Positions 12,314 through 26,340 are shown, counted from the first letter of the stretch. The stretch is 64,000 bases of DNA from Octopus sinensis (GCF_006345805.1 NC_042998.1:157046001-157110000); one strand, 5' to 3'. The notes: generated by a model from the sequence alone, not told the origin. A program made the numbers and translations.

Positions 12314-12598
12314 AAGAATTAGAATATATGTAATGTTAAAAAGTAAAATTGTTAATTGTAAAATTGTAAAATGTAAAATTGTATTTTGAACTGGAATATA
12401 TGTAATTGTGAAATGTACAATTGTATTTTAAACGGAACTGCGAGTTGGGGGTTCGTAAGCCGTTCCATCTCATCTTTATTTCATATTTTATTTTTACTTT
12501 ATGTACCCCACGTCCCGTCTTGTAATGTCCCGTCTGAATTAGGGCCATCGTGCCCATAATAAAGATATAATATCACCAGCCGACCGGTGTCTGCTACT

Positions 12599-12642
12599 CT
12601 AGGCCGATGAAGGACAATGATCCTGAAACACGGTGTCCCTAG
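12599..12642 (+). ncRNA. Minimal type I hammerhead ribozyme (core variant CCGAUGA)
   Basis: CTAGG-CCGATGA-AGGA-caatga-TCCT-GAAA-CAC-g-GTG-TC/CCTAG: all three stems pair; predicted cut after 12637. Confidence 0.85.
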
Positions 12643-12866
12643 ATGCAGTTCTGGCGGTTGGGGGTGTTTGTCTCCCCGTCGTATATGTATATAAGGACAC
12701 AGGGAAAAATGAGTCGAAGCTGTCAGGAGGCGTTCGATGCCTCCTAGGGCTATACAACGGTGGTGTACCCCCTACTGTCACGTTCTTGTTAGATTGACAG
12801 TATACAACCATTCTATCGCCCCACCACCGTACAGGTCTCTACGAGAGATTTAGAAATTCAATATTT

Positions 12867-13380
<514 letters not shown>

Positions 13381-13719
13381 TATAATATAAAACCCGTTCT
13401 GTGTGTGTGAGTAATAGTTTATAACGGCCATATTCTTCAACTGATTTTCTCCAAACTGAGAACATACATTACTTACGTTCCAGGGGTGGTTTTAGACTCT
13501 TAAAATTTGTCACATAATGGGTTACGGGCCCCCAGGGGTCGAAAAACACCCGTTCCTCGGTTATGTGGATAAGGGAGATAACTCTTTGCGAAATGACTTT
13601 CAGAAATTTATTGTCTCCCTTACACCCATTAGTCATAAAAGATATTGCTTTTTAAATTAGATTCATGTCTTTGAAAGTTTAAAAAAATATTTACTTCCAG
13701 TTTTCTAGCGTCAGTGACG

Positions 13720-13778
13720 TCTATATCTATCTATATCTCTCTATCCATCTCTATCTATCTCTATCTATCTATCAATCA

Positions 13779-13851
<73 letters not shown>
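13720..13851. repeat. (TCTA)n microsatellite
   Basis: Direct reading. Confidence 0.9.
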
Positions 13852-13852
<1 letters not shown>

Positions 13853-14004
13853 TTTATTTATCTAACTAGCTAGTTCTCTCCCCTCTCTTTATATCTCACT
13901 CACTATTGTTTTCATTTTAAGTTCAATCGTTACTGTTTTTAACTGTAAGTTTTTAATCGCTATTTACAAACAACAGCTACAAATTACTAACAGAAAGAAG
14001 TTCA

Positions 14005-14295
14005 CAATTACTGATGAAAGATATTTCATACATAATTTGCTGACAGAAGTAACTTCATAAATTTCACTTCAATCCGTACATTTCGTTAAATTTGCCAACA
14101 AATTTCTTATTTACTTTTGCAACGTTTTGTGTTTTTTTTTTGTTGTTGACGGAATTACTGATAAAAGTAAGTTCATACTTTACTGACAGTAGTAACTTAA
14201 AAAAATTCACTTAAATCCGTACACTTGGTTAATTTCCCTAAACATTTCCTATTTACTTTTGCAACGGTTTTGTGGTTTTTTTTTTTGTTGTTAAT
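14005..14295. repeat. Two degenerate ~145 bp tandem copies
   Basis: Repeated ttactga...aatccgtaca...tttacttttgcaacg...ttgttgtt blocks. Confidence 0.7.
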
Positions 14296-14608
14296 AGCTT
14301 TTTTCTAGTTCCTTCGATACTGGCTCTTTGGTTCAATGACAAATTTCGCTTCAAACCGAACAATTCTTTATTTTCCATAAAAATTTCTTATTTACTTTCT
14401 GCCCGTCGTATTAAGAAATATAATTCCCGTTATCCAGTTACTTTCATTGTTTACTATCTTCTGCACTCGTGTATTTCTGTATACGTATATAACCTTGTCT
14501 AGAAGGAAAGTGTTAAATTTGTTTACAATGTCTAGGTCAGCCAAAAGAATGTCTCTGCCCTGGGAAAGAGAGACAGCTGCAGAAAGGGAAGCATACCAAG
14601 AAGCAAAT

Positions 14609-15034
14609 AGGAGTGGCTGTGTGGAAAGTAGCTTGCTAACCAACCACATGGTTCCGGGTTCAGTCCCACTGCGTGGCATCTTGGGCAAGTGTCTTCTGCT
14701 ATAGCCCCGGGCCGACCAATGCCTTGTGAGTGGATTTGGTAGACGGAAACTGAAAGAAGCCTGTCGTATATATGTATATATATATGTGTGTGTGTGTGTG
14801 TGTATGTGTTTGTGTGTCTGTGTTTGTTCCCCTATCATTGCTTGACAACCGATGCTCGTGTGTTTACGTCCCCGTCACTTAGCGGTTCAGCAAAAGAGAC
14901 CGATAGAATAAGTACTGGGCTTACAAAGAATAAGTCCCGGGGTCGAGTTGCTCGACTAAAGGCGGTTCTCCAGCATGGCCGCAGTCAAATGACTGAAACA
15001 AGTAAAAGAGTAAAAGAGTAAAAGAGTAAAAGAG
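14609..15034 (+). mobile_element. Composite SINE family C (tRNA/CORE-like head, internal (TA)(TG)n, (GTAAAAGA)n tail)
   Basis: ggttcagtcccactgcgtggcatcttgggcaagtgtc head; tail aatgactgaaacaagtaaaaga. Further copies at 27751-29167 (split) and 44344-44817. Confidence 0.8.
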
Positions 15035-15035
15035 A

Positions 15036-15806
15036 CTGTGCACTACAAAAGCTAAAGGGGTATGCACGGCTGACAAGGAATAGGATCTGCAATGCAGAAC
15101 GATGAGAAGTTGCAACAGCTCAGAGAAGCAACTTCTATGAAGCAGCTTTCAATTATGATCCAGTAGTTCATTATGCAGATGACACTAGATTTTCCGTTGG
15201 TGCTATGACAACTGAGTGCATATATTTTAAAGCAAGGATGTGGTCTGGAGAGACACTTACACTGTGTTGCAGTGGTGCAAAGGTTAAACTCCCTGCAATC
15301 CCCTATCCTCCAAAGTCATTGGAAAAACTGTTGTCATCAACTGATCAAGATTCCAAGCAGTTTCAAAATAAAATTAGACAATACAACGCTGCACTACAGA
15401 TAACATCATTTAGAGCTACAAGAGATTTAACTGAGCTAGGATTCATGCAAACTTTCAAGATCCGAGGTCAGATTTATCATCGGATTGGGTCTCTACTACC
15501 TCTGTCAAATGAATCACCAAAATCAGTCTATCATTGTTTATAATCTGTACCTGTTTATGGTTACGAAATAAGCTAGACAAAACGTGTTTTTGAATTACAT
15601 GTATTTACTTTATATATGTATATAAGTTGAAAACTTTCTTTTAACTTTTCACTTAACGTCTATGTTCCATGGTGGCATGGGCTGGAGAGTTATTAATGTA
15701 GAAAGTTGGTATCTCAGCTACTAGCAGTTGAGACCTGCGTAATCTAGACGGCGTTTTAAAATTTCATTATGCTCTTGAACCCGAGCAACGCCGGGTATAT
15801 CTGCTA

Positions 15807-15807
<1 letters not shown>
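15036..15807 (+). mobile_element. Helitron remnant (Rep/Hel N-terminal fragment plus 3' terminus)
   Basis: CCSGAKVKLP...FQNKIRQYN...FKIRGQIYHRIGSLLP; 3' hairpin cccgagcaacgccggg followed by CTAG (15804-15807) and T. Confidence 0.85.

Positions 15808-15893
<86 letters not shown>
15808..15893. repeat. (TA)n microsatellite
   Basis: Direct reading. Confidence 0.95.
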
Positions 15894-15896
<3 letters not shown>

Positions 15897-17644
15897 GATA
15901 TTTAATAGATATTAATGTATAATAGACGCTCAATTAAATTATCAAATAGCTGCAGCTCCAGTATGAAGAGCATCATTACCTGAAAACACCACGAAGAGAC
16001 TACTCCCAGTTTTAACTGACGAGACCTTGGAACTTGTTCACTCGACCAGAGTGCATGATAATAAACTCAGTCATATATGAGATAGAAATTACAGCAACGC
16101 TACATGATAACCTAATTGAGAAGTAGAATTACATCTAGTTAATCGAAGAATTATGCTAACCACCTATCTTTTTTTCCGGCACATGGACAAAATTAAAGTC
16201 ACTAAGTTGGTTAAGCACGTATAGGGCTTGAAGACCAACTCCACACCACATATCAAGTAGAAAATCGTAGAAAATTCCATAATCTACGTTAATGAATAAA
16301 AAAAAATTCAAGTCATGCGTAGCTTAAAGATCGCATATCCATTTTAGATCCTAGAATTCCACTGTACTGCTGAATTCCAGATCAGAAAATTTCAGCAAAT
16401 GCAAATAATGACGATAAAACTACTTATTTATATAACTAAGCCTCTCACTGGGATTGGGAAATGGTTTGTAGATGTATGCATCTAGCTCCAAGGAAGCAGA
16501 AATAATAAATATGAAAAATCTTAAAAGGCCTTTTTGTTTGTAACTTTGCAAACGATGTTTTGCCTAAATTCAGTCAAAGAAAACGGTAGCAACATTATCT
16601 AGTATATTCCGCCGTATACTGTTCAGGTGAAACACGTGCCAAAATTATTCTTCAGAATTTTTAAGAACTTTACTACCAGATCTTTCCCGTTCTGCAGCCC
16701 CGAACCTGGATGCTATAGTTGCAGCACCTAATAGTTGTCAACTAAATAGGGACAATAGTATATTTTAGAACAGTTTTAAGTTTCCGGTTTGTGAACTGAT
16801 ACAATAAATAAAAATGAAATCAGTGGCCATATTTTCGGATTCTAATGTACCTCCAAACTTGCAGGTCTTGTGCGTGTAGTAGAAAGGATTAAGATGGTAT
16901 ACGATTGCATCTGTAGGAACTATATTAAATTAATCAATAACATTAATGATATAAATTTCGATATGCTTCACCTTTAGTAATTTCCTGTTGCTTTATTCAC
17001 TCAACCTCCTCTACTTATGGTGATTTAATCGATTGTTTTTTTATGTATTCCACTGAATTGGTCAGTTATTAAGTACTCAATCATACTTTGGTCTCTTTGC
17101 TGCATTGTGTTGCATTCACGCCGGACGGCTTTTCGTCTGTCTTTACTTTCTGAGTTTAAATTCTGCGGAGGTTGATTTCACCTTTCATCCTCTTTCGAGG
17201 TCGATAAAATAAGCACTAATGTAGTCGACCATTCTCCTCCCCCAAAATTTTAGGTCTTGTGTCTATAGTAGAAATGATTATCATGTAATTTGCAGATACC
17301 ATTTGTTATATCGCACATTTTTATTTAAGATGTACCGTTTACAGTTTTGCTTTTATGCATAGATATTTTGTTTGCATCAATGTTTGGATGCAAATATAAA
17401 AAGATATACGTATTTAGTGGGTGTATATACGTTGCCTGTATACAACTGCCCAATAGTTTGTGCATAGTTATATGTGTGAGTGTATAAATATTTGTGTATG
17501 TATGTGGATATGTGTGTACGCGAATGTGCGTACGTATGTGTTTGTCTTTCGATTTTAATATTTATACGCATGTTGGCAGTAGATTGGTGGAATCATTTGA
17601 GCGCCTGACAAAATGTCATTTGATTTTTAAACTACGATGTTTGA

Positions 17645-17835
17645 AAAGTGGCGAGCTGGCAGTATCGTTAGCACGCCGGGTAAACTGCTTTACGGCATTC
17701 CATCTGCCCTAAGTTCAAATTCCGCCGAGTTCGACTTTGCCTTTCGGTGTCGATAAAATAAGTACTAGTTGAGCGCAGGGGTCGATGTAATCGGCTTACT
17801 TCCTCACGCGAAATTGCTGGCCTTGTGCCAAAATG
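17645..17835 (+). mobile_element. tRNA-derived SINE family A
   Basis: ggcgagctggcag head, gttcaaattcc B-box and gactttgccttt...gtcgataaa domain. Related copies near 17105-17275, 27381-27583, 27600-27735(-), 29180-29345(-), 29372-29585(-), 39270-39480(-), 44113-44325, 49820-50000(-), 51440-51778, 52582-52725, 63250-63530(-). Confidence 0.8.
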
Positions 17836-17936
17836 TAGAGTTAATATTTATATGCATGCTTTTATTTACATAAAGTTTCTCAATTAATGATATGGTTTCA
17901 TAGAGAATTCTCACATAATGTATCTAGGGGGAATAT

Positions 17937-17996
<60 letters not shown>

Positions 17997-18932
17997 ATAT
18001 AACAGAGAGATTCCTGAGTAAGCTATGTTCATGGAATGATCATAATACATTCATCAAATATGTAGTGCTTTTCTGCCAACTTTTCTTAGCGGGTTAAGGG
18101 CTTGGTGAAGCTGAATGTGCTGGACCTGTCAACATCACGGCTATGAATTCTTAGATATGCATTACTTGAAGTTCTATAGACAAAGTAAATAGATGAATAT
18201 TCTTTCTTGATTATTTATTGTTAAAGCGATCACAGCTTCTAGATAAGACGGACTGATAATGGATTGCAACAGAAGAGAATCTTTATAAGGCGGTCTCGAA
18301 TACAAGGTGCCATTGTATCATGGTGATGGTTTTCTGCAGCTAAATCGGAGGCAAATCTAGCATGATAGGCTGATGTTTTATCAACAAATTCCCGTGAGAT
18401 CATATTAACGACCAAAGGCAGGCGCGATCTGGATGTAGCGGAAAATTTCAAATATACATTTCACTCTTAAACTAACAGAAACGGACAATTTCAGAAGGAA
18501 TGGCCTGTCGTGCTTAAGTGCAAATTTCCAGGAAAATAATGGTAATTTATGGACATACAATTCAGATATTCAGATCTTCCAGTGGTGTCCATTAAGGTTC
18601 GCCTTTGATTGTATGTAAATAAACTTCAGTCAACAGTAATGTACAATGTCACTGGACTACACTGACTAACAATGAGTAAATGCGTAATTTATGCATTACT
18701 GAAGTTGAAATCAGAGCAAAGTGATCAAAATACGAAATGGTATCAAACTCTCTTAAAATTACCCACGAAAATTTTGTCAGAAAAGAGCATTCTTGTAACT
18801 TAGGACAGCCACTGAAAAGAGATTTCAAATAAGAAGCCCATCTAAAAAATATGAAACTTTCAAAAAGAAATTATAGCAAATGTGAAAAAAGTCTCCAAAG
18901 AACTAAGGGATACGTTTGAACTGGGGCCAAAA

Positions 18933-18967
<35 letters not shown>

Positions 18968-21900
18968 AAAAGAATTCAAAATAAATAAAAGCATCCAAAA
19001 TAAGATTGATTTTATTCTATCGACAGTCCTTTTTAACTTTAGCATGGCAGAGTCATTTCGGCAATATGCTTTTTTATTTTGATTGATCAATACTAGACGC
19101 AAATTTTGTAATTCTTGTATATTTTGGTATATTTTGTCAAATATCTGGAAATATTTTTCTCTGCTGTGATGTGTTCGTCGGGGCTTAAGAAACAGTTGTG
19201 AATGATTCCACTTGCCGATTAATAAATAGTGTCTACAATCTCCTTTTGATGCAGCTTCATTTCGAGAAAATGTTTTGGTACTTAACCTAGGTTCAGTCAT
19301 ACGCAAAATACCGTCAGTTGTTGTGTATAAGCAATGTTCGTCACATGTGACAGTGTAGCTTTTGTCGTGCAAAAGAAGCGTAGAAAATGTAAGGGTGGCG
19401 AATAAAAAAGAAGTTCATTCAGCTCGAGCGGTACCTCTTTGTCGAGCCTTTTTTTACTTTCTACTGTGATGCAAATATCGAACAACTGTTGACTGTCAAC
19501 GCCTAGTTCTGCAACCAAGAAATTGTTTGCATGGGATCGCTTCCGCAATGATCCACATGCGATGTTATCATCACAGAAGGTCTGAAACCATCTTTATCAT
19601 TCGTCTCTGCTAGGAAACTTTTGGAATCAATACTTTGTTGATATTGTGAGTAGTTTCTGCTACTTTGTGTTCCATTTTGAACACATACAGTAAATTGCAT
19701 GAATTTGCTATTTTACCATCTTTAATTTGATAGTCTAAAATGAAAAACAAAAAGAAAAAGCAATAAACAGTGAAACGCAAACCATCAGCATAAACTAACA
19801 GACCGAAATCTGCACTTCATAATGGTATATTGCATGGACATAATTAGATAATATTTTATTCAAAAGTATTAATCAAAGTTTAAAATAACAAAAGCTGCAA
19901 TTACATATGCCCCAGCACAGTAGATACATGACAGTTTCAACAAGAAAACAAAAAGAGAAAGAAAATAGAAGCAATCTGCAGCATGCACCATTTGACTATT
20001 ATCGACATCAGGAATGTTTTTGACTTCACACTTTGCTGTCCGCTTGTGTGAAAAATACTCTATACCTCTTTATAACATAACACAGAACACTGATTATTAA
20101 ACTAGTCATCTGTTCGCTCAACATTTTTAGGATTGCAATTTGCCGAAGGAGTACCGTAAGAACCCGTCTCTTACCTATCTTTTCCACACCTCCACTTGCG
20201 CATGTAACTTCATACTAATATCTTCCAAGTATTATCCAGACACAACTACTTTAACCCTGTTTCAAAAGAACAGACTTAACGTAAATAGTAAATACAATGT
20301 GCACTGTCTTACTTTGCCACACTCAATTACAAAGACACCACACACAGAAAATAAAATTACTTGGAGTTATATAAAATGTCCCAACATTCACACCACACGT
20401 TGAAGACAGCAAAGAAAGCAAAACAATGCAGAAGTATAGTTAGAGTATCAATAGAGTACCAATAGAGTACTCATAGAATACCGTAAATGTATCATATTTA
20501 GTCAGCAGAAAAAAGCAACAAGTTTACAGCTTCCAAGTTTACATCGAAATTTGTATATTACGTTGGTTATCTGAAACATGTTCTGTGGCTTGCAGTTTTG
20601 TTTCATGTTGATGAGAAAGTTGATAATTCTGGTGTTTTTGTAATACTGTATGTTCAAATAAAACCTATTCTTGTTAATTTGCTGTTAAGTTGTGTTATAC
20701 TTTATGAGCTTTTGTTAATGATCTAATTAGTTCATGTACTATACGACAGATGTAGTTTCTATGTTTTTTTCTGGGCGTCCTATTTACTATATGTGTGTGA
20801 ATGAATTAGTTTTGGTATTTTTTTACGATTTGTATTGGCCTACTAAAGTGCTTGACTATCTGTTATTGATGAATGTCTAATTCTTCGGGATTTCTATTTT
20901 CAAGTTTTTATAGATAAAGATTTAATGACTAACAATCGGTAGGAATTTCATTACAGCCATTTTATATCTATGAGGAAGCTGACTATCCCCGTGCATATAT
21001 AGGCATTTGTTGCTTTTAGAGAATACAGATGTGCTATGTAAGTTGTTCTTTATTCTATGTTCAAATTTAAAAGTAGGGTGGGCGTGTTATCTGAATGTGA
21101 ACTAAAACTATGCAAAATGGAAAATTTGATGATAGAATTGTCCAAAATTTTTCAATCAATTTTGTTGTTCCAATGTGTCCACCGTAATGAATACATCATT
21201 GACGTGTGGGTATAACATACATTGATGTATGTTAACGTATAATTTTGTTCTGAACGTTGGCCAAATATGACACTTTTTCGTCGTCTGATCATATAATTTA
21301 CTACAAGGAACCATTGTAACACGTTGTAATACAACACACGAAGGAAAACTAATATATAAACAATAGTTGATACCCTACCGGCCTATATAGAATATCATGA
21401 AAATTATATCGGTCTAAATTATCGGCCTACGTAGAATATCGTAACAAATTACATTAACTATTACTTTCAGTTACAGAATACAAACCAAAAAGATGGACCA
21501 AACTAAAAATAAACAAAAATAGCCATTAGTCGTCGAAAGTAATTGAAAATTGATTTTCATTAAGATCTATCAAACGCACTGCATAAGAAGTTGTACAAAA
21601 TATCGATTTAGCTTTCACTAGTATAGCAGTATGGGTAACTTCTTTTTCAGCATCTCTGTGGTTTAGTTACAGGTTTACTTTTTAAAATTAAGGCAAATTT
21701 TATTTCTTTCAATCTCTGCTCCTCTTCTCACTAACTAAAGGAAGTTGTCCTATGTAACCATTTATTCTCCATATTCAATATTACATATAATCCTGAATAT
21801 TTCCTTAATTTAAAATCTAATATTTACAATGCACACTTCATTGTGTGTCTCATTAAGGTGGCCCAAATTTTGGTATAAATAAATTGGATCCACCCCCGAT

Positions 21901-22065
21901 GGAAAGAAATAAGAACATCCGTAAAATTTGAAAAGTTTTCATGTGTATTTGTGTAACTTAGAATAAATAGCACTATTTGATTACAATTTTCATTAGTTTC
22001 CATACATCGACTGAGTTTTAAGTAATACTTATATGAGTGACAACATGCACATATGTATGTATGTA

Positions 22066-22930
22066 CGAAGTTTGATCAATAAATATCCAGACTGTTGCCA
22101 TAGTAACAAAGCTAAAACACGAAGAGTAAAGCCACTTGGCACAGATTAACCTTAAATTCAGGTGTGCATGTGCACTAAGTTTTAACGTTCTAAGCTCACC
22201 TCCGTTGTTTACAGCAGTGCTTGGAAGGTGTGTAGCGTGTGATCATCGCATTGACAATGACAGAGAAAGCTGTCATAGTGATTCTTGCTCAGAGGCCTAC
22301 GCAAAGTTGCAGAAAGTGTATGGAGAGAGATGTATGAGCCGCACACAAGTGTACGAGTGGTTCAGATATTGATGAACATTCTGGGAAACCCGCAGAACTG
22401 AGAAAACATCGCAGATGTGCGTGAAGCTGTGAGGGGAAATCGTCGAATCACCATCCGTGAGTTATCAAAGGATGTGCAGATTAGTTACGTTTCAGTTCAG
22501 TTCATTATCACTGAAGATTTGAATATGAAACTCGTGTTTGCCAAGTTTGTGTGAAAACTACTTTCAGCTGATAAAAAAAAAATGAAAAAACACTCGGATT
22601 TCAGATGCATAAGATCTCTTTGATTGTGTTGAGAACGATGAAAACTTTCTGAAAACTTTGCGTAAGCCTCTGAGCAGGTATCGCCAAAATTTTGGCAAAG
22701 TTTGATACAGATACTCTGCTCAGCTTTCTCTGTCATGGTCAATGCGACGATCACACGCTACACACCTTCCTTCCATGTACTGCTGTAAACAGCGGAAGTG
22801 AGCTAGAACGTTAAAACATAGTGCACATGCACACCTGAGTTCAAGACCAATCTGTGCTAAGCGCCTTTACTCTGCTTGCTTTAGCTTCACTACTATGGCA
22901 ACAGTCCGGATACTTATTGATCAGACCACG
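22066..22930. mobile_element. Mariner-derived fold-back element with TA target duplication
   Basis: Left end cgaagtttgatcaataaatatccagactgttgcc is inverse to right end ggcaacagtccggatacttattgatcagaccacg; transposase N-terminal HTH present in both orientations; TA at 22064 and 22931. Confidence 0.85.
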
Positions 22931-23307
22931 TATGTATACATTTGTAGGTTAGGTTTTGTTTTTCGAGATAAAAAATACATGAATGTCTGTAGTCTGTCAT
23001 GCATGAACATAAAGCTGTATTCATGCGAGAATATATAAGCATATATTACTACCAGTTTTAATAAAGCAGTATATTAGGTATATTTTGAAAATAAATTAAA
23101 ATACCTGTGACACTCCCCCCTCTCTCTCTGTATATGTGTATAAGTGTGTGTGTGCACGCGCGAATGTGTATGTGTGTGCGTACGTGAGTGTGTATCTGTG
23201 TACGTGTGAGAGTGTATGTGAGTGTGTATTCGCAACATAACTTTTATATTACAATTCCATTGTGTAGAGACTGTATAGTTGTTTGACCAGTGTTTTTAAA
23301 TTATCAC

Positions 23308-23546
23308 CTAACAAGTAGATTTGGCCGGAAGTTTGTATGTAGATCTCATCATAAGATCAAAGTAGCTACTGTCTTCTACAGTAGCACTGACCCCAGCATA
23401 ATAATTTATGAATTCCTCTTCGGTTACTTTGCCATCACAGCAACCAGGTGTGTCCAAACCGTCCAAGAAATTCCGTAAAGTCTCTTCTTCTGTCCATTCT
23501 CCAGAACGATATTTAGGATGTTCCATAGCATTATTCGCAAAGAATA
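23308..23546 (-). CDS. CAPSL: Calcyphosin-like EF-hand protein, last coding exon
   Basis: NAMEHPKYRSGEWTEEE...DGKVTEEEFINYYAGVSA...YFDLMMR matches the calcyphosin C-terminus; acceptor tttcAG at 23547-23548, phase 1. The symbol marks the family; orthology is untested. Confidence 0.85.
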
Positions 23547-24196
23547 CTGAAACATTAAGCAAAAGATTAAAAACATTAGATAAAAAAAAACATTGCAGAT
23601 ATAATTATTTTGTATATTACTTAGAAAATAGAGTAACATAATTCATTATAATTTCATGTATGATAATAACAATTCCTGAAACCAATTTTTTCATAGGGGT
23701 CTTCCTGAAGATATCATCTTCATACAGGGAATAACTCACTTGTTAGTATGGAAGAGCCTTTCTACAAGCACTAGTCAATAGTACACTGTTGCATGGTTGT
23801 TCTATGGCAGTACTTAGGTCTAAATAGACATGATCTTTTGATAGTCAAGAGTCAAGACAGTGACGGTGATATTAAAATGTGTATACTGTCAACTTTAACA
23901 TGCACACTTTTCATGTGTTAAAATCATGATAATTATTGATTACAATTTCAGGTATAAAAAAAAAATTATACAAAGAAAATCACACATGAATGAATCAATA
24001 GATGACCATCTTACTGTTCGAATGTTCAGCAGTTTAGATTCTGTTACTGCTATCGAGTCGAGTTTTCGGGAAGCATTTAATTCTTTGAAGCTTAGTCTAG
24101 CTAGCTTTAAATAAAACAGGATTACTATCAGAGTGCTTTTACGAGTTTTGAAGAATGGGGCTAAAATTTTCTAATAAGCTTTAGGAAACAATTGGG

Positions 24197-24693
24197 TCCC
24201 TCTACAAGCAACATATATAAGGTTTTTCACAGTAACTACTGTCACTGATGTAGAAAAACTGTCTGAAAACAATAATAAATCTCTGAACGAGATATAAACA
24301 GTAACTGCTCGACAACGTAAGGGGAATCAGCCATCTGAATATGGCTAGGGACAGGGCGGGGTATCTCGTTCAGAGATTTATTATTGTTTTCAGACAGTTT
24401 TTCTACATCAGTGACAGTAGTTACTGTGAAAAACCTTATATATGTTGCTTGTAGAGGGAATCCTTCATCGAAGAGCGGTACTTACCATACGTTGATAAGA
24501 GGCAATGACCTCGAAATGTAGTATCCGTATCTTCGAGGGAGGATGACCTCCCTTTACAGGCAAACAAGGACACTGATATGGTGTCAGTCCTTCTGGTGAC
24601 GTTGATGATCGCCTGGGGCTAAAAGCATCAGTAACACCCCCACCACCCCGCCCTGTCCCTAGCCACATTCAGATGGCTGATCCCCCTTACGTT
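24197..24693 (+). mobile_element. Short hammerhead-bearing retro-unit with 5' inverted duplication
   Basis: 98 bp inverted arms 24197-24294 / 24362-24459; spacer segment 24314-24361 is the inverse of 24646-24693; HHR at 24487-24530. Confidence 0.7.
24487..24530 (+). ncRNA. Type I hammerhead ribozyme with U3-A8 core variant
   Basis: ATACG-TTGATAA-GAGG-caatga-CCTC-GAAA-T-gtagt-A-TC/CGTAT; stems I and II pair perfectly; stem III weak. Confidence 0.65.
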
Positions 24694-25559
24694 ATTTTTT
24701 TTCTCTTTTTCCTGAAAGTTATAAAAGAGAAAATATCGGGCCATGTGAACTTTTCGAAATTCCTCTCCCCAACCCATCAAAAAAAATTTTCCAACAAATC
24801 TTTACATACACTCAATCTACAGGATCTAAGCGATTATTTATTGAAAGCTTCGTAAGAAAGTATCCATTTTTCTGGAAGTTATGATGCAACAAAGTCGGCG
24901 GGGTGTAGTTATGTCCAAAGTAATATCACTTATATTTCCTTTATATCGTGTATCAGACGTTATCTTTTACCGACTACTCTTTCAGTCTATTAACAGATAT
25001 TCACACATATCGGGCAGTTGATCTCCATAACATCATGATCTTCGTACCCTGCCTTATAGAAGGATATATGTCCTATTATACATAGACTGGGTTGTTGTCT
25101 TTATTGGAATGTTCTACCAGTTTTCTTTATTTTTAAAGGTGAGGGTACATTCTGGTCCTGGTATACCTTTCGTATAGCTATCAGGACAATACTTTCTACA
25201 ATTATCTGTGTAGATGGTTTTAGTGAGAGTGTTGTGTCTCTTAGAAAGGTAGTATCATGTGAAATTTTTGTACAGCTTCTGTCGAGATGAGCGATACCTT
25301 TCCCACATGGCAATCGATATTTTCTATTAAAATGCGAAGGTTTAGAGATATCCTCATCTCTCCTGTCAATCAGTAGCTATTGTATCTCACTTGTTAATCA
25401 GTAGCTATTTAGTAGCTATTGCATGACCGTGGAAAGCAATGGCTTAACTCTATAGGTGAGATGGAATGTGTCTCACAAATCCAGAAAAGGTTATTACTCC
25501 TGTCAATGTTATAGATGGTATTCACAAGCTTGCGTGATATATACTCATTTATAACTTTC

Positions 25560-26125
25560 TGCTGAAAATATGAGATGTATTGTGAAGCATGGACTTGTTA
25601 TGAAAGGCATTTTAAATTGTTAGAACAATTCCACCAAAAATGCCTTCATCGCATTTTAAATATTAAATGGAGTTCTTTTATTCCAAACACAGATGTCCTT
25701 GCATCTACGGGCATCACCTCAATTAAAGCTATGATTTAAGGATCCAAAATGAAATGATGTGGTTATATTGTTCGAATGGCGGATGAACGTATGCTGAAAC
25801 AGCTGTTTTATGGTGAGCTTGCAGAGGGGAAACGCTATCGGCTTAAACATAAAAAAAAGGTTTAAGAACGGCATAAGGACTACTATGAAGTCACTTGGAA
25901 TGGATCTAGAAGATACAGAAACCTTTGCTTCGGATCGAGTTGGATGGCAAACAAAAGTGTGGAGTGAAAGCATTTGGAGAAGCCAGGATAACGCATGTAA
26001 GACTCAAAAGAGATCTAAGGGAGAGTGTTATGATCTAGAAGATGGATGACAATGACCTTTTTGTGTGCACAGTTTGTGACAGACCATGCCTTTCTTTTGC
26101 TGGACTCAAATCTCATGTAGTATCG
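25560..26125 (+). mobile_element. RTE-clade LINE 3' remnant
   Basis: WCGYIVRMADERMLKQLFYGELAEGKR...KKRFK...ASDRVGW, then a CxxC...GLKSH-type segment. Confidence 0.75.
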
Positions 26126-26257
26126 TGACGACACTTTAGGAATGTTATGCTTACATTTGACAGAAATTTTGATGGGAATATTCTACCAGTATTCCTTGTG
26201 TTGGTGTTTATGAATGTATTCTATAACAGGCATTTTCTAAGTTTATTTCAGGACAGT

Positions 26258-26340
26258 CTGTATGTATGTATGTATGTATGTATGTATGTATGTATGTATG
26301 TATGTATGTATGTATGTATGTATGTATGTATGTATGTATG
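26258..26340. repeat. (TATG)n microsatellite
   Basis: Direct reading; a second tract lies at 26937-27035. Confidence 0.95.

Noticed and set aside
18239-19700. Several 65-170 aa minus-strand ORFs that look coding-like
   Set aside because: No recognisable domain or consistent splice pattern; a tBLASTn or profile search would be needed.
23926-24114. Possible extra minus-strand exon near the CAPSL-like last exon
   Set aside because: No calcyphosin similarity, and the two called exons already join without a gap.
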